A DNA stretch of 63,692 bases, filler included, from Acidimicrobiia bacterium (GTDB lineage: Bacteria > Actinomycetota > Acidimicrobiia > Spongiisociales > JAENVV01), in NCBI GenBank assembly GCA_041577335.1. It is 4 parts of 4 records of this genome, joined end to end, with 100 filler letters (N's around TTAATTAATTAA, not from the genome) between each part and the next. Parts side by side here need not be neighbours in the genome. Positions count along the whole stretch, not along the records: positions 41,418 to 61,399 come from JBFGJH010000065.1; 3 more parts are not named here. The stretch is one strand, 5' to 3'. Positions 41,418 through 50,264 of the stretch are shown piece by piece. Each line of letters starts with the position of its first letter. The first letter of the stretch is position 1. The translations under genes were made by a program, and so were the position numbers. The notes beneath the pieces were generated by a model, which saw nothing but the letters and a program-made list of their open reading frames with translations, searched no databases and had not been told where the DNA came from.

Positions 41418-43184
41418 GCGCTCTGGTACGTGGAGCATCGTTCTCCAGGATGGTTCGATCCGACGACTCGATGGTTAAGTGATGATCTTCGTCAGATCGT
41501 CGTCGTGTCGACGACGGCCGAGCTTGCAGCCATCTATGCATCAGAGGCCCGGGCCAAAGCGAGGATCGCGGCAATGGTCGGAGCTGAACACGGACCATGG
41601 TGTGATCTCCATCGGCTTAGCCCCGGGAGTCTCAAAGCTGCGTTTATGCAAGGACCAGCACGGACGCTGTGGCTGCGTGGCATCCACCGCCGTACGGCAG
41701 CGAAGCCCGACAGCAAGATTCTGTCTGGGATCGACTTGGAGAGCGCGCTCGATCCGCTGGGCGACCAGTCCTTCTACTTCTCGGCCGCCCGCTGCGACAG
41801 TTGGATGAAACCGGACGTGGCTCCTGAGCAGTACGACCCTCGCGACAGGCACGGCAGACTGAGCGTCGGTGTCGCCCCTCACCGATCCACGGTGTGGGCG
41901 CCAGCGATCCCGGCCTGGCCGCAGTACATGGCTCGGGTGGCCGAAATCGTAGACCGCGTCGAATACGTTGGTGACGCAGAATCTGACGCACTTGCCACAC
42001 TTGCCCAGCCGGTGCCAAGAATTGCTCGCTCCGAGGTGTGGGGCGCCTACGACATGAGCGTGATCGCTCCCGAGCTGCTCACGGACAACGCAGAGCGGCC
42101 CGGCACCAATCCCAAGGCGGAGAGGTGGGCCTACGAGGCGGTCTTCTTCGGCTTCAAGCCCGATCCCAACGATGAGAAGCTCGACCCGGAAAGCGTGAAC
42201 TACGACAAGAAGCTCGCCGACCCCAACTTCACGGTGGCGGTAGCCCTCGAAGGCAACTACCTCGGGCGCCTCGCCCTCAGCTTCGACATTCGTGACGACC
42301 GGCCTATCAAGATGATCGCAACCCCCGAGGAATGGCAGGCGCCCACAACGCAGGAGTTGGGTGGCTACTCCATCCAAGTGCTGACCGACGACGAACGCAG
42401 CCAGCTCCTCGACGAGGCATGCTCCGTATGCGAGGAGCCGACATGGCTGACGGTGCGTTACGACTCCGGGCATACGATGAGCGGCCGCATGCTCTACAGC
42501 GTCCGGCTGCGCGACACGATCTTCCCGTCGAACCGCTGGTTGTGGCGCACCTTCAAGGACTACGACGTCCACAAGGAGAAGCCATCGCATCCCAGCCAAA
42601 TCGGCAAAGAGGACTCGTTGTTCTGCTGGGTGTGGAACGACTGGCCGGCAGACATGCCCGACGTCAAGCGGGGGTGGCTGGCCTGTGACGACGGCCCGGA
42701 GGAGATCGCCGACTTCATCCACTTCGACCCCATCGACAACCTGCTCACGCTGATCCACGTGAAGGCGTCGCACAGCAAGTCGCCCAACAGGCAGATCTCG
42801 ACCTCCGATTACGAGGTGGTGGTCGGCCAAGCCGTGAAGAACCTGCGGCTGCTCGACCGGGTCGACCTGGCGAACCGGCTCCAGTCGGGCGTAGGTCGTG
42901 ATCCGGAAGTGCTCAAAGCCGTGTGGCACGGGAAGCAGCAGAGCACTCGCACCGAGATGGCGAAGGCACTGCGGAACGCAGGCGAGTCCTACGAACGCAG
43001 AGTGGTGATCATCCAGCCGCGGGTGACGGCGAGTGAGCACAACCAGGTGATGGCCGACCGGGCCGAACGGAAGAACACCGGAAGGGTGCGCCGTCTGAAG
43101 CAGCTCGACACGCTGCTCCTCGAGGCGCAAGCCTCCTGCCGCCACCTGGGCGCCGACTTCTGGGTCATCGGCCACTCGATCTAG
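41418..43184 (+). CDS. hypothetical protein with putative C-terminal PD-(D/E)XK nuclease-like domain, 5' truncated
   Basis: Open from the contig edge (ALWYVEHR). C-terminal CDDGPEEIADFIH..LIHVKAS..YEVVVGQAVKNL. Confidence 0.6.
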   Translation, partial: ALWYVEHRSPGWFDPTTRWLSDDLRQIVVVSTTAELAAIYASEARAKARIAAMVGAEHGPWCDLHRLSPGSLKAAFMQGPARTLWLRGIHRRTAAKPDSKILSGIDLESALDPLGDQSFYFSAARCDSWMKPDVAPEQYDPRDRHGRLSVGVAPHRSTVWAPAIPAWPQYMARVAEIVDRVEYVGDAESDALATLAQPVPRIARSEVWGAYDMSVIAPELLTDNAERPGTNPKAERWAYEAVFFGFKPDPNDEKLDPESVNYDKKLADPNFTVAVALEGNYLGRLALSFDIRDDRPIKMIATPEEWQAPTTQELGGYSIQVLTDDERSQLLDEACSVCEEPTWLTVRYDSGHTMSGRMLYSVRLRDTIFPSNRWLWRTFKDYDVHKEKPSHPSQIGKEDSLFCWVWNDWPADMPDVKRGWLACDDGPEEIADFIHFDPIDNLLTLIHVKASHSKSPNRQISTSDYEVVVGQAVKNLRLLDRVDLANRLQSGVGRDPEVLKAVWHGKQQSTRTEMAKALRNAGESYERRVVIIQPRVTASEHNQVMADRAERKNTGRVRRLKQLDTLLLEAQASCRHLGADFWVIGHSI

Positions 43185-43440
43185 GCGGGGTGCCGTCGCG
43201 GGGCTGCGGTGGCGGAGGCCGGGCGTGAGCTTGATATCGGCCAGGCGCTCGACTGCGGCCAACGTGGCGCGACATGGGCTGGTGTCTTGCGCGGACTTAT
43301 TCAAGATTCGCAACCAGGTACCAGCTGGACAGCCATCGTTGGAATCGACGATGAATGATCAGCTTCGACGCATCGAATGCTTCAGCTCATCGAGCGAGCG
43401 CGTTGCTGCTACCACCGTTGCTGCGGATGAGCGCCAGTTT

Positions 43441-43472
43441 GCCCGGTCGGTGACGTAGGCGCCCCACATGTA
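43441..43472 (-). repeat. TM0106-family gene remnant (YMWGAYVTDR segment)
   Basis: 32/32 identical to 50740-50771. Confidence 0.9.
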
Positions 43473-43575
43473 CCTCCGTCTCGACCGTCGCCCGCCGAGT
43501 GGGATACGCCACCGACGCCGCATTCAGCAACGCCTTCAACCGCCTGATGAACATCCGGTCCGAGGCATACGGCAC
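43472..43575 (+). pseudogene. AraC-family HTH C-terminal fragment
   Basis: Translates TSVSTVARRVGYATDAAFSNAFNRLMNIRSEAYG, with no upstream coding part. Confidence 0.65.
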
Positions 43576-43718
43576 TCCTCGTAAGGCGACGTATCGCGGG
43601 CAGGCTGCTACCCAATGCGGGGCCGGGAGGGATTACAAGGCTCAACCAATCGGTCGGATCCGGGTGTACGTTTGAGGAACAGGGTTTGCTCGCCCTATCT
43701 CGACTCAAGGGGGGTCGC

Positions 43719-44207
43719 ATGAGCACCTTTGACCACTTGTCCGACGAACTCAATGAGGCGCTGGAGCGTTTGAAGGACAGAGTCACGATCCCGGCCGATC
43801 GAATTGCTTTCAGGTGGCCGATTGCCGCCTACAAGACGACGCCGGGGTTCGTCACCACCTTCAACATCTTTGGTTCGGAGACTTGTGCAGACTCGGGACT
43901 CATTGACGTTGCCGCAACCGGTCGGACAGGCCCAGACGGCACCGTGCGTCTGAGTCTGAATGATTTCCACTGCGTTGATCGCCCGCCCGCAGCGGGCCGC
44001 AACACCCTGGGCTATTCGTCACCGGTCAACGTCCAAGTAACGCCTATGTCCGATGCCCCCGTGCACGTGTCAGCGCGTGCGACGATCGACACGAACGTGC
44101 CAAACGACGTGCTCATCGAGGTCTCTGCCTGGGATGGCAACGGAGATCCAGCCGACGTGGCGTTCTACTGGCGGTGTCTCGTTCCCACCCATCAGGTGAT
44201 TGGCTGA
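43719..44207 (+). CDS. hypothetical protein
   Basis: ATG after AAGGGGGG, beta-rich ORF of about 162 aa, family not recognised. Confidence 0.6.
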   Translation: MSTFDHLSDELNEALERLKDRVTIPADRIAFRWPIAAYKTTPGFVTTFNIFGSETCADSGLIDVAATGRTGPDGTVRLSLNDFHCVDRPPAAGRNTLGYSSPVNVQVTPMSDAPVHVSARATIDTNVPNDVLIEVSAWDGNGDPADVAFYWRCLVPTHQVIG

Positions 44208-44319
44208 GTTCTAGCGGCTTGGCATACAACGTGTGGAGCCAGCGGGAGTAGTTCCAGAGGCTCGTCATCGTCGGCTTCGCTAGGGTCGGATACGTGTCCG
44301 TTCCGGGAGGGGAAATCCT

Positions 44320-46077
44320 GTGTTGCGTCGTTTGATTCTCGTGCTCGTGTTGTTGATGGTCGCGGCGGCGAGTCCGGCGGTGGCGCAGGACGTCCAACCG
44401 CCCCAGGCGGTCACGACGCAGCGGGAGATGGTCGTCACCGCTAATCCGGTAGCTACGGCTGCGGGCGTCAAAGTTCTGCAGCAAGGCGGCACAGCTGCTG
44501 ATGCAATGGTTGCCGTCCAAACCGTGCTAGGTCTCGTGGAACCGCAGTCGAGTGGCCTCGGCGGAGGAGCCTTCCTCGTCTGGTACGACGCAGCTACCGG
44601 GGACATCACGACTTACGACGCCAGGGAGAAGGCTCCTTTGGCTGCAACCGAGGATCGCTTCGCCGGTCTCGGGTTCGTCTCGGCGTGGCAATCCGGCCTG
44701 TCTGTCGGCGTCCCGGGTACGCCGATGTTGATGGAAACGGTGCACGCCGAGCACGGGAACCGGCCGTGGGCGACGCTGTTCGCCCCCGCGATTCGACTTG
44801 CGCGGGGAGGCTACGAGGTCACGGAGCGTACGGCCGACCAGGTCAACGCTTTCCTTGGGTTCAATCCGAGTTGCACCGAGCGACTCCTCTTCCGCGATCC
44901 GACTGCGTTCGAGTACTTCACCAACGGAAGCGAAACCGACTGCGCAGCCATCCCGGCGGGTACCCGGGTCCGCAATCCGGACTACGCCGAAACCTTGAAG
45001 ACCCTCCGCAAGGAGGGCGCTGCCGGCTTCTATACCGGTGAGCTGGCGGCGGCGATCGTCGACGCCGTCCAGAGCGATCTCAACATTCCCGGCGACATGA
45101 CGCTCGCCGACCTCGCCGCCTACGAGGTGGTCGAGCGGGACCCGGTCTGCCTGAACTACCGGGGTTACGAGGTGTGCGGAATGGGGCCACCGTCGTCAGG
45201 GGCGCTCGCCGTTGGTCAGATTCTCGGCATTCTCGAGAACTTCGACTTGGGCGACGATCCGCTCGGCGAAGAATTCGTGCACTTGTTCGCCCAGGCCGGC
45301 CGTCTGGCCTTCGCCGACCGCAACCAATATGTGGGCGACACCGACTTCGTCACCGTGCCGGTGGCGGGCATGCTCGACGAGGCGTATCTCGCCTCTCGGG
45401 CCGCACTCATCACCGACATGGACATGGGTACCGCATCGCCGGGCATCCCGCCGGGCGACTTCGACCCCAGCGGTCCCCAGCCGAACGACCACGAGGGCGG
45501 CACCAGCCAGGTGTCGATCGTCGACCGCTATGGCAATGCCCTCTCATTGACCACCACCATCGAGAGCTCGTTTGGTAATGGGGTCATGGTTCCCGGCGGC
45601 GGCTTCCTGCTGAACAACGAGCTCACCGACTTCTCGTTTGCCGCGGTCGGGGGAGACGGTGAGCCGATCGCAAATCGGGTTCAGCCGGGCAAACGGCCCC
45701 GGAGCTCGATGTCGCCCACGATCGTGCTGGATGGCGACGGCAACCTGGAGCTCGTCACCGGGTCGCCGGGCGGATCGGCGATTATCGGCTATACGGCGCA
45801 GTCGATCGTCAACGTGTTGGACTTCGGGCTCGACGCGCAGCAGGCGGTCAACGTGCCCCATCACCAAAACCGCAACGGCTCCACGACGATTGAGATTCCC
45901 ATTCCGGGAGTCACGCTCGACTATGACGTCGACGCTCTAGCCGCGGCGCTGGAGGCGCGGGGCCACCCGGTGGTCATCACTGGCCTCACGAGCGGCCTAT
46001 CGGTGATCCACGTGACCGACGATGGGCTGGTCGGGGGCGCCGACCACCGCCGCGACGGCACGGTCGGGGGCCGATGA
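44320..46077 (+). CDS. ggt: gamma-glutamyltransferase, secreted
   Basis: Signal peptide, EPQSSGLGGG, DAREKAP, PPSSG, nucleophile GTSQVSIVD, LNNELTDF, KRPRSSMSP, GSPGG. Confidence 0.93.
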   Translation: MLRRLILVLVLLMVAAASPAVAQDVQPPQAVTTQREMVVTANPVATAAGVKVLQQGGTAADAMVAVQTVLGLVEPQSSGLGGGAFLVWYDAATGDITTYDAREKAPLAATEDRFAGLGFVSAWQSGLSVGVPGTPMLMETVHAEHGNRPWATLFAPAIRLARGGYEVTERTADQVNAFLGFNPSCTERLLFRDPTAFEYFTNGSETDCAAIPAGTRVRNPDYAETLKTLRKEGAAGFYTGELAAAIVDAVQSDLNIPGDMTLADLAAYEVVERDPVCLNYRGYEVCGMGPPSSGALAVGQILGILENFDLGDDPLGEEFVHLFAQAGRLAFADRNQYVGDTDFVTVPVAGMLDEAYLASRAALITDMDMGTASPGIPPGDFDPSGPQPNDHEGGTSQVSIVDRYGNALSLTTTIESSFGNGVMVPGGGFLLNNELTDFSFAAVGGDGEPIANRVQPGKRPRSSMSPTIVLDGDGNLELVTGSPGGSAIIGYTAQSIVNVLDFGLDAQQAVNVPHHQNRNGSTTIEIPIPGVTLDYDVDALAAALEARGHPVVITGLTSGLSVIHVTDDGLVGGADHRRDGTVGGR

Positions 46078-46162
46078 CGGTCTGACCACGCCGGATTCTG
46101 TCGGGAACGGGCACCCTCCACAACGGACATCGCTGGCTAGCGAGAATCCTCAAACAGGGGTA

Positions 46163-46205
46163 TTGACTCGGGCGCGCAGATCCGTATTGTCGAACATATG
46201 TTCGA
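46163..46205 (+). promoter_or_regulatory. promoter with LexA (SOS) box overlapping the start codon
   Basis: TTGACT (46163)-N16-TATTGT (46185). Perfect TCGAAC-ATAT-GTTCGA at 46190-46205. Confidence 0.85.
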
Positions 46206-47412
46206 TACGACGAACCAGGTCTCGAGTGCGAGCGCCGAGGTGGCCAGGCTGCGCACAGGCATTGCCGAGATGGCCGGAGACGACCTAAATGATCGGCACA
46301 CTGATGAGGTGTCCGAGCGGCTGGTGGGGCTGCTCGAGATAGCTGAGCGGCTCGACGCGGAGGTGACGAGGGTCGCAGCCGAGTGGACGCGGCGCCGCGG
46401 CTGGGAGGCCGACGCCTCTCTATCGCCGACGGCATGGCTGGCACATCGGGCACCCGTCGCCAAGACAGAGGCGCGGCGACTGGTGAAGGCGGCCAAGGTT
46501 GTGAACGCGTCACCGCCGCTGGCCGCGGCGTTGGCGACCGGCACTACGACATCGCCACACATCTACGCGCTTGCGGCCGTGATGTCGCCGCGGCGCCAGA
46601 AGCTCCTGCCCGAACACGGCGAGCTGTTGGCGAAGCAGGCGGAGCGTCTTCCGCTCAAGGACTTCGCTTTGCTGGCGCGGCGCTGGGCATCTATCGCCGA
46701 TGATCAACTGAACGGCGACTCACACGAACCAGAGCCACCCGGCAACGAGGTCAAGGCGGCGGTGACTCTCGACGGTCGAGTCGACGGAACCTTCAGCCTC
46801 GAGCCGATCAGTGGCGCTCAACTTCTCGGCGTCCTCGATCACCTGGCACCGCCCGACCCCGTCGATGCACCGGACGGGCCACGCAGTCTTTCGGAACGTC
46901 GTGGTGACGCGCTCGCCGAGCTGGCGACCACTCTTCACGAAGGCGGCGAGCCTGGTTCCAACCCACCCAACCTCGATGTCCTTGTCGACGTTGCTACGGC
47001 GACCGGCATGCAGCCCGAGCTGGCTCTGGCCCGCCGCGACCTCGAAGGCATTGGGCCAATCACCTCAGAAGCCCTCGACCAGCTTTGCTGCGGGGCAACA
47101 GTGCGACGGGTGCTCATGGCGGGCGAGTCCATCGTGCTCGACATGGGCCGCAAGGCCCGCTTCGCAACCCCATCCCAGGCACGCGCCATTCGCATCCGTG
47201 ATGGCGGTTGCATCTTCCCCAGCTGCGACCGCCCACCCGCTTGGTGCGACATCCACCACATCGACGGCTGGCTGAACGGCGGCAACACGGACGTTGCCCG
47301 CATGTGCTGCCTGTGCCGGCGCCACCACACCCTGATCCACAGCTCACAATGGACCATCGTCGTCCAACCCGACGGCAGCTTCCGGGTGACCCACCCGATC
47401 CGAGCGCCTTAG
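46198..47412 (+). CDS. DUF222 + HNH endonuclease (13E12-repeat type)
   Basis: RRGDAL, LCCGA..RRV, RDGGCIFPSC, CDIHHI, GGNTD, LCRRHHTLIH. Confidence 0.9.
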   Translation: MFDTTNQVSSASAEVARLRTGIAEMAGDDLNDRHTDEVSERLVGLLEIAERLDAEVTRVAAEWTRRRGWEADASLSPTAWLAHRAPVAKTEARRLVKAAKVVNASPPLAAALATGTTTSPHIYALAAVMSPRRQKLLPEHGELLAKQAERLPLKDFALLARRWASIADDQLNGDSHEPEPPGNEVKAAVTLDGRVDGTFSLEPISGAQLLGVLDHLAPPDPVDAPDGPRSLSERRGDALAELATTLHEGGEPGSNPPNLDVLVDVATATGMQPELALARRDLEGIGPITSEALDQLCCGATVRRVLMAGESIVLDMGRKARFATPSQARAIRIRDGGCIFPSCDRPPAWCDIHHIDGWLNGGNTDVARMCCLCRRHHTLIHSSQWTIVVQPDGSFRVTHPIRAP

Positions 47413-47469
47413 TGCCGGCTGGCTCGGCCACCGCGGCTGTGGAAGGCGGCGCCCTGTGACCGGGTCACC

Positions 47470-48057
47470 TCAGGAGCCGGTCGTGACGGCTACGAACTCG
47501 TCGGTGAGTTGTTTCCACAGGTCGGCTGCTTCCGCTGTATACACCGGAGTGTTTCCACCGGAGCTGTAGATGCTGTTGAACTCGTCCGGGTGGTTGTCAC
47601 GAACCCAGCTACGGAATGAGCCCCAGACCGACCCAAATTGGCCGAGATTGAAGCCGTTGTGGCTGACTCGCACGATCTGCCCATCATCGATGGCGAACCG
47701 CATGTTTCCGGCAATTGGGCCGACATCGAGGGCGCGTGACCACGCGTTCTCCATGTTGTAGCTGCACGACACAGTGGCAGGCGTTCCCGAGCCGCTCTCG
47801 GTGCATTCGTCGAGGGCCCAGCGCCATTCGACGGCTTCGTACCATCGATACTGCTCGCTGTAGTCCGCGGCGCGGGGCACCTCGAGATCGTCGATAACTG
47901 CGTCCGGAGCCAGTAGAGCCTCAGTAGCCTCCGCATCCCATGTATCCCGGGCCTCCATGAAGCTCTCGGCGATCTGCTCGGGTCCCGCAATGTCGCCGCA
48001 CCCTCCGGCCACGAGAACCAGAACGATGATCCAGACGGCGCGCTTCGTCCTCTTCAC
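47470..48057 (-). CDS. lipoprotein with SnoaL/NTF2-like fold
   Basis: Lipobox AGGC, FMEARDTWD..LLAPDA..FAIDDGQIV, GGGAGG RBS. Confidence 0.72.
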   Translation of the reverse strand: MKRTKRAVWIIVLVLVAGGCGDIAGPEQIAESFMEARDTWDAEATEALLAPDAVIDDLEVPRAADYSEQYRWYEAVEWRWALDECTESGSGTPATVSCSYNMENAWSRALDVGPIAGNMRFAIDDGQIVRVSHNGFNLGQFGSVWGSFRSWVRDNHPDEFNSIYSSGGNTPVYTAEAADLWKQLTDEFVAVTTGS

Positions 48058-48084
48058 TGTCTTCCTCCCAGTGCCTTCAACACT

Positions 48085-48158
48085 TATGGCGCGCAGCGGC
48101 CGGTTCGTACGACACCCGATGCCGGCCCTGTCGTACGATCGAAGGAGTCGGCGCCATA
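48085..48158. promoter_or_regulatory. two divergent copies of TGTCGTACGA-N13-CGCCATA (putative ECF promoters)
   Basis: Plus strand 48129-48158 ahead of the sigma ATG. Minus strand 48114-48085 ahead of the lipoprotein gene. Confidence 0.65.
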
Positions 48159-48164
48159 TAGGTA

Positions 48165-48653
48165 ATGGCCAGAGGAAGTCCCTTGGTTGACCAAGATACG
48201 CTGACCGAGTCGTTCACGGAGTTCGTTCGTGAGGTAGAGCCTCGCCTCCGCCACGCCCTCTGCGCTGCGTTCGGCGCCGATGCGGGCCGGGACGCCACGG
48301 CGCAAGCGTTGGCCTATGGCTGGGAGCACTGGGAGCGGGTGTCGGCAATGGAGAACCCGGCCGGCTACCTGTGGGGCGTCGGGCGCAACCACGCCCGCCG
48401 AGCACGGAGGCATCGGCCGATCTTCCCCGAGGCGACCCCCGATCGGACGCCGCGGGTGGAGCCGGCATTGCCTGGCGGCCTCGCCAAGCTGTCGGAGCGC
48501 CAGCGCACCGTAGTGATGCTGGTCCACGGCATGGAGTGGACGCTGTCCGAGGTCTCCGAGCTGCTCGGCGTCTCCAAGAGCACCGTCCAAACCCAGCTGG
48601 AGCGGGGCATGGCCAAGCTGCGCAAGGAAGTAGGGGTGAGCGATGAGCGCTGA
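48165..48653 (+). CDS. ECF RNA polymerase sigma-70 factor
   Basis: DATAQALAYGWEHW..NPAGYL and LSERQRTVVML..EVSELLGVSKSTVQTQLERG. Confidence 0.88.
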   Translation: MARGSPLVDQDTLTESFTEFVREVEPRLRHALCAAFGADAGRDATAQALAYGWEHWERVSAMENPAGYLWGVGRNHARRARRHRPIFPEATPDRTPRVEPALPGGLAKLSERQRTVVMLVHGMEWTLSEVSELLGVSKSTVQTQLERGMAKLRKEVGVSDER

Positions 48654-50214
48654 TCTCAAGCTCCAGGTGCGCGAATACACAGAGCACTTCGTGTCGACGG
48701 TCGAGCCGGTTCAGCTCGATGAGATCGTGAGTCGGTCGTTCGCCGATACCCGGGTGCGGCCGGTCCGGTCCGATACGGCTTCGAACCTCGGTTGGGCCAT
48801 CGCCGCGGCGGTCGTGGTTGCGACCGTCGTCATCGTCGGTGGACTTCTGCTGTTGCTCCAGCCGGCCGACGTTCCTCCGGTCGCGACCACAGGCGTGCCC
48901 ACCACGACGAGTGGGGCGCCTACCACGACGACAACGACTACGTCCACGCTGCCGCCACAGCCGGGCAGTGCCTTGGAGGCAGTCTCGAACGCGTTTGGCG
49001 GGATCTACGACGTGGAATTCGATCGGTTCTACGAGTACCTCGGCCCAGACTGTGAGCTGTTCTATTCGGCGACCGGTGAGACCGTCGGGTGTTTAGACCC
49101 GGCGATATTCGAGTTGTTGGCTCCTGTCGATATCGACTTTGACGCTGACGGCATCATTTCCCACGTCGATCTCTTTGTGCAGGGCGCGCATCATCTCGCG
49201 CTGCGGCCGATCGAAATCGAGGGCTGCGCGCCCGAGGGCGATATCGACCGCTGCTTGGTGGTGGATACCGCCGTCTTCCACCGAGCCCTTGGTGTCGAGC
49301 CAGATCCCATTCCAGTGGTGGTTCGCGACCAGCGGATAATCCGGATTGAAGTCGGATCATCCGATGGTGTTCCGAACGCTCCACTCACCCTGGGCGGGTG
49401 CAGCACATGCACCGGCGATCCGGACGTCCCAATCAAGGTGTGGGAGGCGGCGGTTGACGAGTATCTGCGATTCATCGGAGTGGATCCAGGCGGCTTCGTC
49501 AGCCATGACGAGACCCCGCTCTGGATCGGCTGGGGTCTCGGCGGCCAGTTCGATGACGGCTTCGGTGAGCTCGGGTGGATCAACGACGACGCTCTGCTGC
49601 AACACCGACAGCTCGTCGCCGACTGGTTGGCGGAACGTGACGCGGGGCGTTACGAGGAGCTGCGCACGCTGGTCAACGACTACATCACTGCGATGGCGGC
49701 ACTCGAAGCGCATCCGGAGCCGCAGTTCGACACGGCGCAGCTGGGATCTGAGCAGACCTTGACCGGGGTGGCTTCGGAGGGCATAGGCGAGGCTCCTTCC
49801 AGGCCCTGGCTCGTTTCGGTCTTTCCGGCTTCGAGCTCGGCCGTTGCGAGCTACGCAATCGAGGTTGATCAGTTGGCCGACTTCTATCTACCCGGTATCA
49901 CATTGGACTACGAGGATCGGCTCCCCGAGGGGGTGGTCGAACTTGGCGGCCTCATCAACGGATTCGTCGACATCGGTCCGGCCTCGCCGGATTTCCACGC
50001 GCTCCTCGGCGGCCTGCCAACCGAAGCATCCGTCGTGGCGGTCGAGCTGAGTGACGGCACCCAGGTATGGCAGCGCCCCTTCAAGGGAGTCGCTTTCGTG
50101 AATGTGGGACGCGACACCGCCGTCACGATGCGGGTACTCGATGCCCAGGGTCAGCTTCTTCTCGAGGCGGACCTAGTTAGGGGTGAACCAGCAAGGTTGG
50201 TGACTCCAAACTGA
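48643..50214 (+). CDS. putative membrane-anchored anti-sigma/sensor protein
   Basis: Overlaps the sigma stop. Short cytoplasmic N-terminus, TM WAIAAAVVVATVVIVGGLLLLL, Thr-rich linker, Cys-containing ectodomain. Confidence 0.7.
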   Translation: MSADLKLQVREYTEHFVSTVEPVQLDEIVSRSFADTRVRPVRSDTASNLGWAIAAAVVVATVVIVGGLLLLLQPADVPPVATTGVPTTTSGAPTTTTTTTSTLPPQPGSALEAVSNAFGGIYDVEFDRFYEYLGPDCELFYSATGETVGCLDPAIFELLAPVDIDFDADGIISHVDLFVQGAHHLALRPIEIEGCAPEGDIDRCLVVDTAVFHRALGVEPDPIPVVVRDQRIIRIEVGSSDGVPNAPLTLGGCSTCTGDPDVPIKVWEAAVDEYLRFIGVDPGGFVSHDETPLWIGWGLGGQFDDGFGELGWINDDALLQHRQLVADWLAERDAGRYEELRTLVNDYITAMAALEAHPEPQFDTAQLGSEQTLTGVASEGIGEAPSRPWLVSVFPASSSAVASYAIEVDQLADFYLPGITLDYEDRLPEGVVELGGLINGFVDIGPASPDFHALLGGLPTEASVVAVELSDGTQVWQRPFKGVAFVNVGRDTAVTMRVLDAQGQLLLEADLVRGEPARLVTPN

Positions 50215-50264
50215 AGCGATGCGACGAAGCGCTGGCGTGGATGTGTCGGCGCTGCCGATTGGAT

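Noticed and set aside
37993..43184. GH16 locus and nuclease island as one genomic island
   Set aside because: They are separated by an artificial linker, so adjacency is not evidence.
44207..44320. 11-nt match GAGCCAGCGGG to the TM0106 pseudogene (51060) as a fifth remnant
   Set aside because: Too short for GC-rich DNA, and the flanks do not keep the reading frame.
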